DNA of 64,000 bases. Origin: Octopus vulgaris. Taxonomy: Eukaryota. Below are positions 13,951-27,473 of the stretch, piece after piece (position 1 is the first letter of the stretch; the number at the start of each line of letters is the position of its first letter). Below the pieces are notes generated by a model. It had not been told where the DNA came from. It did not search any database and saw only the letters and a program-made list of their open reading frames with translations. Location: positions 114,886,001-114,950,000 of the forward strand of contig OX597823.1 in assembly GCA_951406725.2 (NCBI GenBank), in the 5' to 3' direction. A program made the position numbers and the translations under genes.

Positions 13951-14470
13951 TTATTGTGTTATGTCAATTTATATATATATATGTGTGTGTGTGTGTGTAT
14001 ATAATGCGTACACATATATATAATGTGTATACTCTTTTACTGTTTTACTTGATTCAATCATTTGACAGTGGCAATGCTGGAGCACCGCCTGTATATATAC
14101 ACTTTTAAAGTACAAGACTAAAATTTGAACCATTGACCTTTACATTGTCAAGACAAAGGATTAACTCCAACGAAGCCAAATATAATTAAAATTACTGGCA
14201 CATCCTACACTTACTTACATCTCTCTTTTGAACCACTAAAAAGTAATCCTATGCCCTGAAAGGAACACGCCTGCTTACAACGTTCTACACACGTGAATAA
14301 AATCTACACTATAACATAAACCCAAATTAAATCAATAAAAATTTCTACAAAACTCTTCTCCATAACAATCCACTTTACAACCTGATTACCGCTCCACTGA
14401 AACCCACATACCCAAAAGAGATTTTGATTCAACAGAGACAATATAACGTTAAGATTAACTTCAATGCATC

Positions 14471-14515
14471 GCAGTCCAACGATGGGTTAGCTGGCCGAAA
14501 CTTCGAGGTTACTGC
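14471..14515 (+). ncRNA. degenerate hammerhead-like motif at the end of an A/C-rich PLE-UTR-like tract (~14100-14600)
   Basis: gcagt-CCAACGA-tgggttagctggcc-GAAAC-ttcgag-GTT-actgc; perfect 5-bp stem I, mutated core. Confidence 0.55.
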
Positions 14516-14899
14516 CAATAGTATTTTCGTTTTAGAATAATAAATTTGTATTCTACAAAAGTATAGATTAAAGTGAAAGATTTTTCATTATATCCGAACG
14601 TAAAAACAACCACCTAAATATATGTAAATCTCTGTAGAGTAATATATGGATTCATAGAATCATGCGATTGTTAGGGAAAGCTCTTCTTGCAGACCGAATG
14701 CTTCAACTCTGCAGATCACCAGAATTTTCTGGTGATCTGATGAGCTGGCTTTCTATATCTCAACTGATTTGTTAATACTCAATTGCGTTACGTATTGCGT
14801 AACATGCACGTTTATGCTGACAAGTACAATACTATATTATATTTATTATATATATACATACACACACACACACACACAGATATATATATACATACATAC

Positions 14900-14983
<84 letters not shown>

Positions 14984-15035
14984 GGGCAGCAGCCAGCAGA
15001 CATGCAGGCAGGTAGAGAGACAGACAGACAGATTG

Positions 15036-15114
<79 letters not shown>

Positions 15115-15325
15115 GATAGATAGACAGATAGATAGATACATACATACACACATACATACATACATGACTATATTTTGCTTTATTTCCTCTGCTACTTTTC
15201 CTCTGTCAATCTGCGAGGTCTTGTGCGCATGTGCCAGTATCAGTGTGGTTTATGATCTTCTGCGTGGATGGAAAGGTGTCGTTGAAGAGACTGTATGTGT
15301 ATGTGCCAAGATTTATGTACCTCAT

Positions 15326-18137
15326 TGTATGTATGTATGTGTGTGTGTGTATGTATGTATGTATGTATGTATGTATGTATGTATGTATGTATGTATGTAT
15401 GTATGTATGTGTGTACGTATGTACGTATGTGTGTATGTACGTATGTACGTATGTACGTATGTATGTATGTATGTATGTATGTATGTATGTACGTATGTGT
15501 GTATGTATGTATGTATGTATGTATGTATGTATGTATGTACGTATGTGTGTATGTATGTATGTACGTATGTACGTATGTATGTATGTATGTATGTATGTGT
15601 GTATGTATGTGTGTATGTATGTATGTATGTATGTTTGTATGTATGTATGTGTGTATGTATGTGTGTATGTATGTGTGTATGTATGTGTGTATGTATGTAT
15701 GTATGTATGTATGTATGTATGTATGTATGTATGTATGTATGTATGTATGTATGTATGTATGTATGTATGTATGTATGTATGTATGTATGTGTGTATGTAT
15801 GTATGTATGTATGTATGTATGTATGTATGTATGTATGTATGTATGTATGTATGTATGTATGTATGTATGTGTGTATGTATGTATGTATGTATGTATGTAT
15901 GTATGTATGTATGTGTGTATGTATGTATGTATGTATGTATGTATGTATGTATGTATGTATGTATGTATGTATGTATGTATGTATGTATGTATGTATGTAT
16001 GTATGTGTGTATGTATGTATGTATGTATGTATGTATGTGTGTATGTATGTATGTATGTATGTATGTATGTATGTATGTATGTATGTATGTATGTATGTAT
16101 GTATGTATGTATGTATGTATGTATGTATGTATGTATGTATGTGTATGTATGTATGTATGTATGTATGTATGTATGTATGTATGTATGTATGTATGTGTAT
16201 GTATGTGTGTATGTATGTGTGTATGTATGTGTGTATGTATGTATGTATGTATGTATGTATGTATGTATGTATGTATGTATGTATGTATGTATGTATGTAT
16301 GTATGTGTGTATGTATGTATGTATGTATGTATGTATGTATGTATGTATGTATGTGTGTATGTATGTGTGTATGTATGTATGTATGTTTGTATGTATGTAT
16401 GTGTGTATGTATGTGTGTATGTATGTGTGTATGTATGTGTGTATGTATGTATGTATGTATGTATGTTTGTATGTATGTATGTGTGTATGTATGTGTGTAT
16501 GTATGTGTGTATGTATGTATGTATGTATGTATGTATGTCTGTATGTATGTATGTATGTGTGTATGTATGTATGTATGTGTGTATGTATGTATGTATGTGT
16601 GTATGTATGTGTGTATGTATGTATGTATGTATGTATGTATGTGTATGTATGTATGTATGTATGTGTGTATGTATGTATGTATGTATGTGTGTATGTATGT
16701 ATGTATGTATGTGTGTATGTATGTATGTATGTATGTGTATGTATGTATGTATGTATGTATGTATGTATGTATGTGTGTATGTATGTATGTATGTATGTAT
16801 GTATGTATGTATGTATGTATGTATGTATGTATGTATGTATGTGTGTATGTATGTATGTATTTGTGTATGTATGTATGTATGTATGTATGTATGTATGTAT
16901 GTATGTATGTATGTATGTGTGTATGTATGTGTGTATGTATGTGTGTATGTATGTATGTATGTATGTATGTATGTATGTATGTATGTATGTGTGTGTATGC
17001 ATGTATGTATGTATGTATGAATGTGTGTATGTATGTATGTATGTATGTATGTATGTATGTATGTATGTATGTATGTATGTATGTATGTATGTATGTATGT
17101 ATGTATGTATGTATGTATGTATGTGTGTATGTATGTATGTATGTATGTATGTATGTATGTATGTATGTATGTATGTGTATGTATGTGTGTATGTATGTGT
17201 ATGTATGTATGTATGTATGTATGTGTATGTATGTATGTATGTATGTGTGTATGTATGTATGTATGTATGTATGTATGTGTGTGTGTATGTATGTATGTAT
17301 GTATGTATGTGTGTATGTGTGTATGTATGTATGTATGTATGTGTGTATGTATGTATGTATGTATGTATGTGTGTATGTATGTATGTATGTATGTATGTGT
17401 GTATGTATGTATGTATGTATGTGTGTATGTGTGTATGTATGTATGTATGTATGTGTGTATGTATGTATGTATGTATGTATGTGTGTATGTATGTATGTAT
17501 GTATGTATGTATGTGTGTATGTATGTATGTATGTATGTATGTATGTATGTATGTGTGTATGTATGTATGTATGTATGTATGTGTGTATGTATGTATGTAT
17601 GTATGTGTGTATGTATGTGTGTATGTATGTGTGTATGTATGTATGTGTGTATGTATGTATGTATGTATGTATGTATGTATGTATGTATGTATGTATGTAT
17701 GTATGTATGTATGTATGTATGTATGTATGTATGTATGTATGTATGTATGTATGTATGTATGTATGTATGTATGTATGTATGTATGTATGTATGTATGTAT
17801 GTGTGTATGTATGTATGTATGTATGTATGTATGTGTGTATGTATGTGTGTATGTATGTATGTATGTATGTATGTATGTATGTATGTATGTTTGTATGTAT
17901 GTTTGTATGTTTGTATGTATGTGTGTATGTATGTGTGTATGTATGTATGTATGTATGTATGTATGTATGTTTGTATGTATGTATGTATGTATGTGTGTAT
18001 GTATGTATGTATGTATGTATGTATGTGTGTATGTATGTATGTATGTATGTATGTATGTATGTATGTATGTATGTTTGTATGTATGTTTGTATGTTTGTAT
18101 GTATGTGTGTATGTATGTGTGTATGTATGTACGTATG
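15326..18137. repeat. giant (TATG)n microsatellite, ~2.8 kb, with TGTG/TTTG/TACG variants
   Basis: Direct inspection; it explains the 400-990 aa MYVC/YIHT pseudo-ORFs. Confidence 0.98.
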
Positions 18138-18144
18138 AATGTAT

Positions 18145-18559
18145 TCTCTTTTCTCTTTTTACTTGTTTCGGTCATTTTGACTGCGGCCATGCTGGAGCAC
18201 CGCCTTTAATCGAGCAACTCGACCCCGGGACTTATTCTTTGGAATTCTAGTACTTATTTTATCAGTCCCTTTTGCCGAACCGCTAAGTTACGAGGATGTA
18301 AACACATCAGCATCGGTTGTCAAGTGATGTTGGGGGGACAAACACAGACACACAAACATATATACACACATACATTTATATATATAAACATATATACGAT
18401 GGGCTTCTTTCAGTTTCCGTCTACCAAATCCACTCACAAGGCTTTGGTCGGTCCGAGGCTATAGTAGAAGACATTTACCCAAGGTGCCACGCAGTGGGAC
18501 TGAACCCGGAACCATGTGGTTGGTAAGCAAGCTACTTACCATACAGCCACTCCTGCGCC
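18145..18559 (-). mobile_element. SINE family A, full length (tRNA-derived head, CORE-like ccttgggcaagt segment, internal microsatellite, (AAAAGAG)-like tail)
   Basis: Minus strand begins ggcgcaggagtggctgtatggtaag (A box) ... ggttcagtccc (B box-like). More than 10 homologues in the window. Inserted within (TATG)n. Confidence 0.9.
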
Positions 18560-18852
18560 TATGTATGTATGTATGTATGTATGTATGTATGTATGTATGT
18601 ATGTATGTATGTATGTATGTATGTATGTATGTATGTATGTATGTATGTATGTATGTATGTATGTATGTATGAATGTATGTATGTATCTATGTATCTATGT
18701 ATGTAATGTATGTATGTATGTATGTATATATGTATATATGTATGTAAGTATGTATGAATGTGTGTATGTGTGTATGTATTCGTATCTTTTGGAGTGAATT
18801 TGAGTGTATCTGCGAATAAATCTCTTTCTCCACATAATTGAGCTTTTGCGTG

Positions 18853-18953
<101 letters not shown>

Positions 18954-19330
18954 CTGAGTCTGTGTGTGTCCGTGTGTGTGAGTGTGTTTTCTTTTGTTAA
19001 AATATCCCAGCATCATTTCGAAACGGTAACAGCTGTGCTGACGATACGTTGGCACGTAATTACACGGAATATTTTAATACAAGGTCAATATGAAATATAC
19101 CAGATTTTTCTTGCTTCTGTTTTTTTTTATGGACAGACATTTTCCATCACAATATCAATATACGTATTATTGTAACGAGTGCATACTTGGTAAACAGATA
19201 CGTGTGAGTGTGTGTCTGTGTGTACACACACACACATATATATATATGCAATCATTTAAGCGCATAGTCAAGTACATATAACATATATAACATATATGTA
19301 TATATATATAATGTATATCTATATATATAT

Positions 19331-19374
<44 letters not shown>

Positions 19375-19869
19375 TATATATGTGTGTATAGTTGTATACA
19401 TATATAAAATATATATATATGAATGTATACAAACCTATGTGTGTGCGTGTGTGAGCGTGTGTGAGTGTGTGTGTGTAATAAAATATATATATGTATATGT
19501 ATGTATGTATGTATTATGTATGTATGTGTGCGTGTGTATGTATGTATATATAGAAATATATACTTATACACTAACATATAAAAGTTAGATGCAAAAATAA
19601 TGAAAGAATGCTTTTGCGATTAAGATATTTAGATCACAGAGAGTTTCGCGCTACCGCTTTTTCATACGTCTAAAGATTTTGTTATGAGTTACAGATATGT
19701 ATTGGTGATATGTGTGTGCACGCGTGTAAATGGATGTGTGTGTGTGTATGTGTGTGTCTGTGTTTGTGTGTGTGTGTGCGTGTGCGTGCGTGTGTGGGTG
19801 TATTCAGCTACAAGAATGAAAATAAAAAAGAGAGAATGAGAAATCTGTGAGAAACTAAGGTATATTCCA

Positions 19870-20262
19870 TTATTCTTTTATTCGTTTCAATCCCTAGACT
19901 GCGGCCATCATGCGGCCCCGCCTTGAGAAATTTTGGTAGAAATAATCGTCCCCAGTAGTTACTTTTTTTTTACACCTGGTACTTATTCTATCGACGTTTT
20001 TGTCGAACCGCTACGTTACGGGGAAAGAAACACACCAACACCGGTTGTCAAGTGGTGGGTGGGGACAAACACAAGCACAAAGATGCACACGCACCCCCTC
20101 ACCCCCCACCCACACACACACACATCTGTATACGACGTGGTTCTCCATTCACAAGAATTTGGTCGTCTGAATGCTATAGTAGAAGACAGTTGCCCAAGGT
20201 GCTGCGCAATGGGAGTGAAACCAGAACCCTGTGGTTGGGAAGGAAGCTTCATACCACACGGC
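19870..20262 (-). mobile_element. SINE family A, diverged
   Basis: Colinear with 18145-18559. Confidence 0.8.
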
Positions 20263-20456
20263 CAAGTCTGGGAAAGAAAGAAACACAAACAAACAAAGAA
20301 GGAAAGGAAGAGGAGAATCGTTCGCTGAACTTTAAAAGACATTAGATGCCGTAGCACTGTGGACAAATGGTATACATATATATATATGTATAGACAGATG
20401 CCTGTGTGACCACGTAGGCACAGGTGTGGCTACTTGGGCGCAGGTGTGACTACATA

Positions 20457-20618
20457 GGAGCAGGTGTGGCTGTATGGTAAGAAGCTTGCTTCCCAACCAC
20501 ATGGTTCCAGGTTCAGTCCCACTGCGTGGCACTTTGGGCAAGTGTCTTCTACTATAGCCTCGGGCCAACCAGAGCCTTGTCGCTGGATTTGGTAGACGGA
20601 AACAGAAAGAAGCACGTC

Positions 20619-20690
<72 letters not shown>

Positions 20691-20699
20691 ATATATATA

Positions 20700-20772
<73 letters not shown>

Positions 20773-21170
20773 AGAAAACAAAGACAACAACGCAAGGATG
20801 TGAACAAAAGTATCATGTATATATAGAATCGAGGGGAGGACAGAGGAAAAAAATTGCAGGTAGTATTCACGAGGTCACATACTAAAAAGACGGAAGTGGT
20901 AAAAATGGAGGAAAATGTATTTAAAAACATATGTAGATATCTATGTATGCGTGACTTTGTGTCTGTGTTTGTCCACCACCCCATCACCGCTTGAAAACCT
21001 GTGTTGGTGTGTTTACATCCCCGTAACTTAGCGGTTTGACACAAGAGACAGGTAGAACAAGTACTAGGCTTTAAAAAATGAAGCAGTGGGGTCGATTTGT
21101 TCAACTAAATCCCTTGAAGGCGGTGCCACAGCTTGGCCGCAATCAAATAACTGAAACAAGTAAAAAGAAA
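20457..21170 (+). mobile_element. SINE family A with an H1 cassette nested in its internal (TA)n
   Basis: Head 20457-20620, (TA)n, insert 20768-20881, 3' half ~20955-21170. Confidence 0.85.
20768..20881 (-). mobile_element. internally deleted H1 cassette (ribozyme part missing)
   Basis: acaacaacgcaaggatgtgaacaaa and gacagaggaaaaaaattgc...cgaggtcacata match the two ends of 33721-33926 in reverse complement. Confidence 0.7.
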
Positions 21171-21407
21171 TAAAATAAAAAAGTAAAAGTAAAAAGAAAT
21201 AAAATAAAAGAAATAAGAGTTGTTTATCTGGGAAGAGTGTGAATAACAATAAAAGAAATGTGTAAGGTTCGCAGCGAAACACCCAAGGAAAAAGTGTTAT
21301 GGAGGAAATTATAGAGACGTGTGAAACAGGAAAAGTGTAAAGTTTGTGATTAGATAAGTAATTGACTGAATAGAGAGAGAAAGAAAGCAGCAGTAGCAGC
21401 AGCAGCT

Positions 21408-21469
<62 letters not shown>

Positions 21470-21513
21470 TTCGTGGTGTAAAGTCTCTCATGTAGAGTTC
21501 TATGTAGGCTCTG

Positions 21514-21941
21514 TTACTCTCTTTACTCTTCTACTTGCTTCAGTCATTTTGACTGCGGCCATGCTGGAGCACCGCCTTTAGTCGAGTAAATCGTCCCCAG
21601 GACTTACTCTTTGGAAGCCTAGTACTTATTCTATCGGTCTCTTTTGCAGAACCTAAGTTTCGGGGACGTAAACACACCAGCAGCGGTTGTCAGGTGATGT
21701 TGGAGGGACAAACACATACACACAAACACACACACACATACACACACACACTCACACACACTCACACATATACATATATACGACGGGCTTCTTTCAGTTT
21801 CCATCTACATTTTCCACTCACAAGGCTATGGTCGGCCCGAGGCTATAGTAGAAGACACTTGCCCTAGGTGCCACGCAGTGGAACTGAACCCAGAACCATG
21901 TGGCTGGTAAGCAAGTTACTTACCACACAGCCACTCCTGTC
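21514..21941 (-). mobile_element. SINE family A, full length
   Basis: Colinear with 18145-18559. Confidence 0.9.
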
Positions 21942-22296
21942 CAACATTTATCAGATTTTAAAAGATCGATATAACAAAAACAAAAAGAAAAGAAAAGGAA
22001 TAGAAGTAATCAGTAAAAGTTGAAGAGTGATTGTATTATTATATGATCTATCAATAAATTATCGAACTGAATCAATACATGATCCAGGTGAATAGTTCAA
22101 TAACTGATACAGACTTGTGGATATTAGGAATTGATAAATTGAACCACACTTGATTAAACGCTTTATAACTCATTGAATAAATATTCCACTGGAAATGTGA
22201 CAACACGCAACACATACATATTATGCATATACACTCAGATAAGCACGCACACGCACATGCATATATGCATACACATATGCACAAATACACACAAAC

Positions 22297-22331
<35 letters not shown>

Positions 22332-22471
22332 CACGCATAAGCTCGCATACGCCCACGTATGCACAAAATAGAGACAATGCAATTAGGAGTGGATCTTATA
22401 TCACAGAGATTTTAAGATTAAGATGTCTACCAACTGCAATTCCTTTATCTGCTAGCAGCAGCAGCAACAGC

Positions 22472-22536
<65 letters not shown>

Positions 22537-22666
22537 GTGTGGTGGTGATGGTAGATTGGTGATGGCGATGGTGGCAGTGGTGGTGGTTGTCAATGAACTT
22601 CCAAAGTTTTAATGCGAGGCCATGTCTAAAATTAAACACTCGTAACATATGTATGTGTGTTTGTAA

Positions 22667-23055
22667 GGCGGACACGTTAGCACGCTGGGTGAAATGTTTC
22701 GCGGGATTTCGTCTGCCGCTACGTTCTGACTTCAAATTCCGCCGAGGTCGACTTTACCTTTCATCATTTCGGGGTCGATGAATTAAGTACCAGTTACGCA
22801 CTGAGGCGATGTAATCAACTTAATCCGTTTTTCTGTCCTTGTTTGTCCTCTCTGTGATTAGCCCTTTGTGGGTAGTAAAGAAATAGGTATTTCGTCTGTC
22901 TTTTCGTTCCAAGTTCAAATTCCACCGAGATCGACTTTGCCTTTCATCCTTTCGGGTCGATAAATTAGGTACCACTTGCGTACTGCGGTCGATCTAATCG
23001 ACTGGCCCCCTCCCCAAACATTTTGTGCCTTCTGCCCAGAGTAGAAAATAAAAGA
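22667..23055 (+). mobile_element. SINE family B dimer
   Basis: Head gttagcacgctgggtgaaatg...gacttcaaattcc and central ccgaggtcgactttgcctttcatcctttcggggtcgataaattaagtaccag block present twice. Confidence 0.85.
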
Positions 23056-23586
23056 ACATGTGTTTGTGTATGAGTATATGTGTGTGTGTCAGTACACACG
23101 CGTACTTGAGTTTGTGTATTTAAAGTTATTCTCTGCTGATGAATTAGATGAATACTCAATACTTATGAAATATTCAGTTTATTTAAAATTAATTCCCTTG
23201 TCGAGTTTCACAGCATCATGTTTGATAGTGTGTGAAAAGAATGCAGTTTAAAAGAAAAACGTACAATCTTATACACATATATGCACGCATAACTGCGTTG
23301 TGGATATATGCATAAATATATGTGTATGTATGTATGTATGTATGTATGTATGTATGTATGTATGTATGTATGTATGTATGTATGTATGTATGTATCTACG
23401 TATGTATGTATAACAAGGTTAGATAAAAGTTAGGACAACACCACTTATGTTTAACTATTTATTTTTCCGTTGTCAGTATAATAAACTAATCTGTATATAT
23501 TTGTTCATGTTTTAAATGTCCTGTATTTCATAATATAGCCTTCTGCGTTTTTTGCTTCTCTTTCTTGTCTTTTTTTTCCCCAGATA

Positions 23587-23969
23587 CTAGCAGTATAGCC
23601 CAGCATTGCTCGAGTTTGTTTTCTTTTCGACCCTTTAGAATTGGAATTTTTGAAAAGTAAAAAGTTTGCATTATGCATTATTTCTGGTTGAAACACACGG
23701 AAAAATGGCGACACAGCAGTCAAGAAATCGTAAAAAATAGGTATTTTCGTAGAAAAAAAAGCACCTTTTCGATGTAAATAATTTTTGGTGTTAACATGGT
23801 CCGATTTGAATTTTTTCTTCTACGGAATGAAGAGCAAGTCTTCTTTTAACATACTCTCAATTTTGGTCAACTTGCGCCGCAGGGTCTCAGGGGAGATAGT
23901 ATTAGTTGAAGGCTACTAAACCTGCCACACACACACACACAGACAACTTCAGCTTTATATATATATAGA
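23587..23969 (-). mobile_element. non-autonomous Helitron-like element, copy 1
   Basis: Minus strand starts TC and ends CTAG, sits between A and T with no TSD, and has a subterminal GC hairpin remnant. Homologous to 24641-25035. Confidence 0.8.
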
Positions 23970-24640
23970 TTTATATTTAAATACGCTAAAATATATGGCG
24001 TATAAGATGGCTGGATCTTCAGCCACTGAAACGGATGAATTCTTTAATGTTTCAAGAGACACAGTTTCTAAAACCATGTTGGCATTCCAAAACCGAGATA
24101 AAACCAGTTTTGGTAAGTATAATTCTGGACGGAAGGCAAAGATCACAGAAAAAGACCGCGGAGCAATGAAACGTATTGTTTTAAAACCATCAAACTACAT
24201 CAAAAAAGTGACTCCAGAATTAAACAAACACTTTATTAAAACCTGTATCAAGCAAAAGCCAATTGTCATGAGTTCCCAAAAGCTAGATACATGGGAGAGC
24301 TGCAAGTGATGCTACGCCTGTCAGAAGTAGTCAAAGGCTCTGACACACCGTTCTTCCCACTTCGGAGCGAGTTCATTTCCTGAAACAATCCAAATAAAAA
24401 TTCAAACATGAGTGTTTGTATATTATGGAGGAGAATTGTGAATTATGAATTGAGTTTGTCATCCATACAAAACAATTCTTTTGGCCCTTTAGTTTTTCTT
24501 TAGGATATTGTGAACGCCAAGGATGATCGGAGTACTTTGACTGGTTATGTCCATGCTATGGCGTAAAAATTGTTATTCGATGCTAGCATTTTATTGTCGA
24601 ACGATAATACACCGATTCACATGACTAATATTATTCAACA

Positions 24641-25035
24641 CTAGCAGTATCGCCCGGCGTTGCTCGAGTTTGTTTCGACCCTTTAGAATTGGAATTTTTG
24701 AAAAGTAAAAATTTTGCATTATGTAGCTTGTTATTCTCTTTAACTGAACATTTTTCTGGTTGAAATACACCGAAAAATGGCTACACAGCAGTAAAAAAAT
24801 AGTAAAAAATAGGGATTTTCATAGAAAAAAAGCACCTTTTTGATGTAAATAATTTTTGGTGTTAACATGGCCCGATTTGAATTTTTTCTTCTATGGAAGG
24901 AAGAGCAAGCCCTCTTCTATCATACTCTCAATTTTGGTCAACTTGCGCCGCAGGGTCTTGTTGGAGGTGATAGTGTTATTTGAAGGTTACCAAACCTGCC
25001 ATACACAGACAACTTCAGCTTTATATAGAGAGAGA
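24641..25035 (-). mobile_element. non-autonomous Helitron-like element, copy 2
   Basis: Same termini. Removal restores the Tc1 frame att att caa ca|t tgg tac (IIQHWY). Confidence 0.85.
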
Positions 25036-25385
25036 TTGGTACAGAGAGTACAGAAAGTAGAGTAGAACACTTGGATTGGCCCCCGTAATCTATATAATCG
25101 AACATTAATGGTGCCTTTTAGAACAGCGAGGAGATGCTTCCCTCACTTCATCGCTGACAGAGATAAAGCAGGTTTTACTTGAGACATATCTCAAAATACT
25201 CCTAGCAAGCATTCAGAACTTGTACAAGTCAGTTCCTCTAAGTATGGAAACTGTGATTAATGCCAGAGGTGGACCTACTCCATATCAAAGAATAAAACTT
25301 CCATTTGACAAGATGTTTTTATTTTGTTCAACCCTGAACTTAAATATTAATCGTCCCTATATTCACACTATGTATCTTATTACAT

Positions 25386-25455
<70 letters not shown>

Positions 25456-25533
25456 CATATATATATATATACATATATATATATACATATATGTATATAT
25501 ACATGTATGTATGCATATATATTTATGTATATG

Positions 25534-25594
<61 letters not shown>

Positions 25595-25694
25595 ATATAC
25601 ATACATATATATATATGTATATATACATACATATATATATATGTATATATACATATATATATATGTATATATACATACATATATATATATATAT

Positions 25695-25902
25695 AACGGG
25701 AAGCTTTATGAAAATAAACAAAAGACGAAGGCAGGTGGAAAACAAACGAACAATTGTATTAGTATGGCGCTCAGGAAATATAAATAAAACAAGTCTTTAA
25801 CGTTTCGAGCCTACGCTCTTCAACAGAAAGATACACAGAGAGAGAAAAACACAGAAAGAAGGAGAGAAAAAAAATGCGTGCAGTAGCTAACGAATCAACA
25901 TA
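25695..25902 (-). mobile_element. (TA)n-flanked ~200-bp cassette (family H2) with minimal hammerhead-like motif at 25795-25830
   Basis: Minus strand cttt-CTGTTGA-a-gagc-gtag-gctc-GAAAC-GTT-aaag. Homologous to 53727-53922. Confidence 0.7.
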
Positions 25903-25907
25903 CATAC

Positions 25908-25955
<48 letters not shown>

Positions 25956-25979
25956 ATATATATACATACATATATATAT

Positions 25980-26030
<51 letters not shown>

Positions 26031-26227
26031 AAATATTACATTGTGTAAAAGGGCTTAGTAAAATAAATTACTTTGCCACATACTGAACTCATTAGAAATA
26101 GCAGCCAAAAAAGATTTTCTAGCCACTTCTAATACTTAAAGAAAATTTCTCTCAGATAGTGTTTACTCAAAATAACCCACGAAGATATGGGGGTAAAAAC
26201 ATTAAAAAATCACAAGTGCAAAGATTA

Positions 26228-26289
26228 TTTGAGAACGTACGTTTCTAGATCAGCCAAATACAATTCGACATTTCTTTCGTCAGCCCAAA
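26228..26289 (-). ncRNA. type I hammerhead ribozyme candidate (left arm)
   Basis: Exact reverse complement of 27039-27100. Confidence 0.7.
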
Positions 26290-27038
26290 ATTTTCTTAAT
26301 TCGGATTTGGAAACACTGAAAGTAGGAGCATACCCTTTTGGCGACTTTTCACCTCAGAAGATCCGTTCAAACTAACAGTGCCAACAAATTCAAAATATGC
26401 AAGCGAAGAATTCCTGCTCTCCCCTTCCACCCACGTGGGTCAGACTAGTAAACACCATATTTTATCGGTGAAAACCGAGGCTTTAAACAGAGAGAAATGA
26501 ATTATAATTTCAACAATTGAGGGTAAAATTAATTAGTTATTAATCAATTTCACCAAGTATTCAGTATGTAAAGGGACCATTTAAGGCGAATTCAAAATAT
26601 TACATTGTGTAAAAGGGCTTAGTAAAATAAATTACTTTGCCACCTACTGAACTCATTAGAAATAGCAGCCAAAAAAGATTTTCTAGCCACTTCTAATACT
26701 TAAAGAAAATTTCTCTCAGATATATAATATTTTGAATTCGCCTTAAATGGTTCCTTTACATACTGAATACTTGGTGAAATTGATTAATAACTAATTAATT
26801 TTACCCTCAATTGTTGAAATTATAATTCATTTCTCTCTGTTTAAAGCCTCGGTTTTCACCGATAAAATATGGTGTTTACTAGTCTGACCCACGTGGGTGG
26901 AAGGGGGAGAGCAGGAATTCTTCGCTTGCATATTTTGAATTTGTTGGCACTGTTAGTTTGAACGGATCTTCTGAGGTGAAAAGTCGCCAAAAGGGTATGC
27001 TCCTACTTTCAGTGTTTCCAAATCCGAATTAAGAAAAT

Positions 27039-27100
27039 TTTGGGCTGACGAAAGAAATGTCGAATTGTATTTGGCTGATCTAGAAACGTACGTTCTCAAA
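27039..27100 (+). ncRNA. type I hammerhead ribozyme candidate (right arm)
   Basis: tttggg-CTGACGA-aagaaatgtcgaattgtatttggctgatcta-GAAAC-gtac-GTT-ctcaaa. 6-bp stem I, imperfect stem II (aga/tct, gtcgaa/tttggc), palindromic stem III AACGTACGTT. Confidence 0.72.
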
Positions 27101-27380
27101 TAATCTTTGCACTTGTGATTTTTTAATGTTTTTACCCCCATACCTTCGTGGGTTATTTTGAGTAAACACTATCTGAGAGAAATTTTCTTTAAGTATTAGA
27201 AGTGGCTAGAAAATCTTTTTGGCTGCTATTTCTAATGAGTTCAGTATGTGGCAAAGTAATTTATTTTACTAAGCCCTTTTACACAATGTAATATTTTGAA
27301 TTCGCCTTAAATGGTCCCTTTACATACTGAATACTTGGTGAAATTGATTAATAACTAATTAATTTTACCCTCAATTGTTG

Positions 27381-27434
<54 letters not shown>

Positions 27435-27436
27435 CA

Positions 27437-27472
<36 letters not shown>

Positions 27473-27473
<1 letters not shown>

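Larger units (their letters stand above)
23414..25336 (+). mobile_element. Tc1-family DNA transposon, decayed, interrupted by two Helitrons
   Basis: N-terminal AGSSATETDEFFNVSRDTVSKTM...NSGRKAKITEKDR (Tc1 HTH), DDE region LGPLVFL...NDNTPIH, and C-terminal HLDWPP...[25 protein letters not shown]. Degenerate TIRs caaggttagataaaag / ttttgttcaaccctg. Confidence 0.88.
26029..27388. mobile_element. young foldback element built from a circularly permuted 564-bp unit (A-B-C-A / C'-B'-A'-C') between (TA)n tracts
   Basis: Block A at 26029 recurs at 26593 (period 564). Inversion point at cagaTATATAatattttg (26721-26726). Only a handful of differences between arms. Confidence 0.92.

Noticed and set aside
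14713-14745. Hairpin agatcaccagaattttctggtgatct overlapping CTGATGA
   Set aside because: No upstream UH cleavage site and no downstream GAAA, so not a hammerhead.
15164-18250. 400-990 aa ORFs (MYVC/YIHT repeats)
   Set aside because: Read-through of (TATG)n, which has no stop codons; open on both strands with no unique coding content.
19015-19050. GAAACgGTA...CTGACGA in type II order
   Set aside because: Stems I and II cannot be formed convincingly; likely chance.
26187-27141. Near-identical 62-aa ORFs on both strands
   Set aside because: A consequence of the inverted duplication; antisense to the hammerhead, with no recognisable domain.
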